A stretch of 64,000 bases of DNA from the NCBI GenBank assembly GCA_040954595.2, contig CM082596.2:3713025-3777024 (forward strand). Reading direction: 5' to 3'. Both the position numbers and the translations under genes were made by a program. Source of the stretch: Balanoglossus misakiensis (lineage: Eukaryota; Animalia; Hemichordata). Below are positions 1 through 64,000 of the stretch, one piece after another; positions within the stretch are counted from its first letter, which is position 1; each line of letters starts with the position of its first letter. Below the pieces are notes generated by a model. It worked only from the letters and a program-made list of their open reading frames with translations, did no database searches and was not told the origin of the DNA.

Positions 1-329
1 TTACCTTTCACACTCATATGCTGACTCTTCCGCATAACTGTAAAATCATCAAACATTCCTGGAATTCACACAAGCACTGACCAGGTCAGTCTCTCGGACA
101 TACACACAGAGAACATAAAACAGTCATGCACATATCAAAAATCGCATACAAACATCCATGAAACATGACTCTGACTGGAAGAGGAAACATAAAATGACCA
201 CACACCCAACAATAACATCATATAAACACTAAAACCACAGGTTAAACACATGAAATATATATCTAACAGAACGACACATTCACATGCATTTGATGAGTTT
301 TAATAGGGTAGTAAATTATGGATTCCTAC

Positions 330-60093
<59,764 letters not shown>

Positions 60094-62130
60094 CTGTAAA
60101 CAAGATTAGCATTATTAACCACAATGGTTTAGTTTGCCCACTTTACACAGAATGCTTAGGTGTGTACTACAAAATAACCTCCAGTTAACTAAATATTGAT
60201 TCAGGAAGTGCCTGAAGGAATTAAGGCTATTACTATGTACTTTCCACAAATATAACAGTACAGCATTTCTCAAATCCTATAATAATCTCTTCCTCAAATT
60301 AAAGTAGACATATGATATGTCAATATACAATCATGTCTGTGCCTTAATGCAAGTGAGACATTACATAATGCTTATGGTGCTAAAATATATTTTGAATATA
60401 CATTTACGTGAAAATGTCGTGGGGGGAAATCCCAGAACTAGTCATTTGTTTATAACAATACTTTTTAAGTTAACACAAGTCATCTGCTATGTTACAAGTG
60501 GTACTTGAAATAGATGAATCATGCTTTAGATATGCAAGTTCTTTTGCTATCCTATTAAAGTTTAGCACTTGTACAGCAGCCTTCATGCACACCGTACTGT
60601 ACAATATCGTAAAAGTAAAATGGCCCTCATTTCTTGCTACTATTCCTGCCAAGTGTTTCAACCATAACCAGACAACTGTGGCATACATCTTCCAATGTTG
60701 TTATAAATTTTACACAATGCATGAGAATTTATTCCTTCCATAGACTGTGAATATACATGTATGCATACATTCTATTTGTTTTATTTTTCACTTGTACATG
60801 TATACTTGAACATTTCAAGCAACGTAACCCTACTGCCATCAAATCCAATTATCTAACAAAAGTAAATTCGAAACACTAGTAAAGATGAACCACAAACAAA
60901 TCCCGGTGACAACTTTCATGACCTGAATTGACCCTTCACACTGACATCAGCAATCAACATGTTCAGAGGGTGGTTTGCCAGGATTACCACTGTCTGCAAG
61001 AATGTGACCTCTGACCTGCGGTACGAAAATAAACCCACTGTACCCAGGCACTACACACACATTCCAATGCAATTCATTTCTTGAAAGGCAACCACTGAAA
61101 AAAATTTCTGAGGACAACGCTAATACAAAGAACACTTAAATCAAGGACTTTATGCTATCACCATGTCCTCTGTATAACTCCTATAATCTAAATTTTGATA
61201 AGTAATCATGGTACTTAATAAAAATCAACTAATCTGCACAATAAAGATACCATACAAGACTTTAACAGATATATGTCAGAAAAAATTTAAATGCAAGTGA
61301 ACATAAACACTGCAGCCCTTGTTTTCAGACCTGTTTGGTATGATCATAGAAAACTTAATTCTTTGGTGTAAGACGGGCAGGACAACTAGAAGCACCTTGA
61401 TCTCTACAATAATACTCAGCATATTTGTACTTTCACTTTTACTGTACCAGTTAGGTTCATACCTTCCCTGCCATAAAACCATTCTTCAGAAGAATTATGT
61501 TGGCAATGTTCCAACAAGTCAACTAAGACGGACTCTCCACAACTAACTTTTGTCAAAAAGCAACATGCCTTTAATCAGATGAAAATAATAAGTTTTTGTT
61601 ATATCAACTTGAGAGAAGTCACAAATTTCCAATTTAATGACGGACTTGAATTTTTGCCTTCACTATAATAACACTTTCTTTTCTTACATACAAGAATTTG
61701 GCTTCACCATAGCAGTCTTCTATACAAAGTAAACATTCCGAGTATCTGACCATACTGAGGTATAATACACAGCCAAAGGCCGTCACAAACATCATGACAT
61801 TTAAAACAGACAAACAGCCTACACAGTGTGCAAAAATAACCTCAACTCCGAACTCAATGACCTTAAAAATTAACTGTGATTATTACCGCTACAATTTGTA
61901 CAGAAGCTGAAAACAGAAATAGAGAGCTGAACTGTAATTAATCACTGTCACAAATTACTATTGCCTGAATTATAGATGATGGTTAAAATTAAATCATTCG
62001 CTATCATTAACATCAATGCAACACTAATCATTACTCTCATATTATCTGTCTAATAACTGATGACAGTGGTAGATATTTGTTTGTATATGTACAGTACACT
62101 TTATGGTGATTCTTTAACAGCCATAGCGCG

Positions 62131-62202
<72 letters not shown>
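62131..62202. repeat. (GAT)n microsatellite
   Basis: Direct inspection. Confidence 0.97.
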
Positions 62203-64000
62203 CGAACATACTGAATATTGAATTTTTGCATGTACAGCTACAAAGTAAGGAGGTAAAGTGAGCCTTTATTGAAATCTTATCACCACTGGCATCTGAATTT
62301 AAAATACAATAATTACACGCCTGATTAAATAACACAAATTTAGTTTCAAGTTATGTATATTTGTACACCATGTGTAAACTTTCCTTGTACTTTCAGACAA
62401 CTAAAACCTGTCAGAGAGAAACTCCAGACACTTTACTGAAGCAGTATAACTGTCTGTATCTTAGACAAGTGAGATTTTATGTGCAGGAAGTTCTGAGTGC
62501 TTTGACCTGTGCAAGGTGACCCACAGTGACCTTAGAAGGGTCTGCTTTAATTCTCTTTTGCGTTGTACAGAGTTGTAAGTTAATACACTGTGGAGTGGCA
62601 GAAGTACACTGCAATCTCGAAACTATGATAGCCCCCAAAAATAAGTCTGGGTTTTCTAAACCCTTCCATGATGTTAACTCAAATCTACAGATTGAAAGAA
62701 ATAACCCAAGATGCACCAGTCCTTCCACTATCTCTTGCCACTTTCAGTTATCCAATTTATTATTACAAAAATACGCAATCAAATTAATATATTTATACTT
62801 GTATTGTCAGAGATGTTTTATTTAGTTTATATTCATTCATTCATTTGGTTTCAATGTTTATTTCATGGTATTTGTTTATTTGTATGCGTACACGCTTTTT
62901 ACGGTGAAACTTAGAAGCCAGTTTTGTAGCCAAATTTGTTCAATAAAATCATCTCACTTGGAAAGAAATTCTAAATTACTGTTGACCCTAAAATTTACAG
63001 AAAAGGTTAAACGGCGTTATAGGTACGTGTTATGTCTGCAAGCAATCAAGCAAGCCATGATATTGTGTAGCATTACATAATACTGTTCCAATCATAAACA
63101 CTGGGAATCCATTCATGAATGAATGCCCCCTCCCTTTTCTTGTTTTTTTCTTTCTTCCTTAAACAATCACCAATCATTCCACAGTTTGTCAGTGGGACAA
63201 TGCATGTGAACAAACACAACAGTGATCTTCAAAATTAAATTGCTCCAAACACTATGGTTTATGTCCAGTATCTGTTGGTGTCTATGCTGTTAGGTACAAC
63301 TGAACAAAGGCCTTGAATATCAGAAATGCTGCAACTTGCCGTCCGAAAAAGTTAAGCCCCAAAAGAACTTACAATCAAGCAGTGTGACGTACTACTGTTC
63401 AACTGGTAAACACACAATCATGGGTACAGAGGATACTGTACATTCAAATCACAGTTTACCCATAGGGTTATCCTGGAAATTAAATTCACAACATGCTCTT
63501 TCTTTTGTTTTTCCTTCAAAGGGAAATGAATTTCTTGTTCACAAAGATGAACAATTAGCACTATGGACTGATTACTTTCATAAGTACGAAGCAAAGTATT
63601 GCCCCTGAAGTAAACACAAAAAGTTATCCTTTTAAAAACTTTTAGGTATTTAGATTAGAGCTTTGCAAAGGTTGTAAACTTTAATTTCATGTGATTTGGT
63701 TTGCACTTAATGGATTCACCTGGAATTTCTCAGGTCAGTAATTTCTAACTAACCCAAGCAGTAAACGCACCATGTACTGTCTGACAGACAAGCAGCAATT
63801 TGTCTAGGGATGGTTTTTTAAACCTCTGACCCTTGTTCGATTGTCCCCTGCCATTTGTTCTGCGTGTCATTGAACAAGCTATGTTGCAACAGAGCTATTT
63901 CACATTCCATAGTCTCTACTCTGGATTTTTATATTGGTAAAAAAAAATCTGCGCAGCTAAAACTGAAATGACCAATGAGAGCAGCCCTCATTTGGATAGC

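Noticed and set aside
62037-62335. poly-H and poly-I ORFs
   Set aside because: (GAT)n microsatellite artefacts.
60094-64000. Search for the first SEC14 exons or start codon
   Set aside because: No exon encoding the expected GG.D..G...P motif was found; the region looks intronic and the 5' end lies outside the window.

Overview
AT-rich invertebrate (probably non-vertebrate deuterostome; inferred) genomic DNA filled almost entirely by one giant minus-strand muscle gene that runs off both ends of the window. By hand I assembled 74 GT-AG exons with compatible phases (330-60093; about 14.3 kb CDS, about 4,780 aa). They join a SESTD1-like module (SEC14/CRAL-TRIO plus spectrin repeats), a CCDC141-like spectrin-repeat module, a bridge of nine I-set Ig domains and a titin/connectin N-terminus (Z1-Z9-like Ig domains plus four more) in one reading frame. 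In vertebrates SESTD1, CCDC141 and TTN are three separate adjacent genes in this order. Two candidate internal muscle-type promoters lie where the vertebrate genes begin: CArG+TATA+Inr before a CCDC141-type first exon at about 51.5-51.9 kb, and a CArG/MEF2-like element plus a non-coding exon before a titin-type ATG at about 16.2-16.4 kb. Other features: a 2.5 kb composite terminal exon encoding a Pro/Glu-rich tail with a distinctive repeat, a frame-essential 43-nt microexon, tandem paralogous cassette exons, microsatellites and two small MITE-like elements. Homology statements rest on my recollection of human protein sequences and need confirming by alignment.
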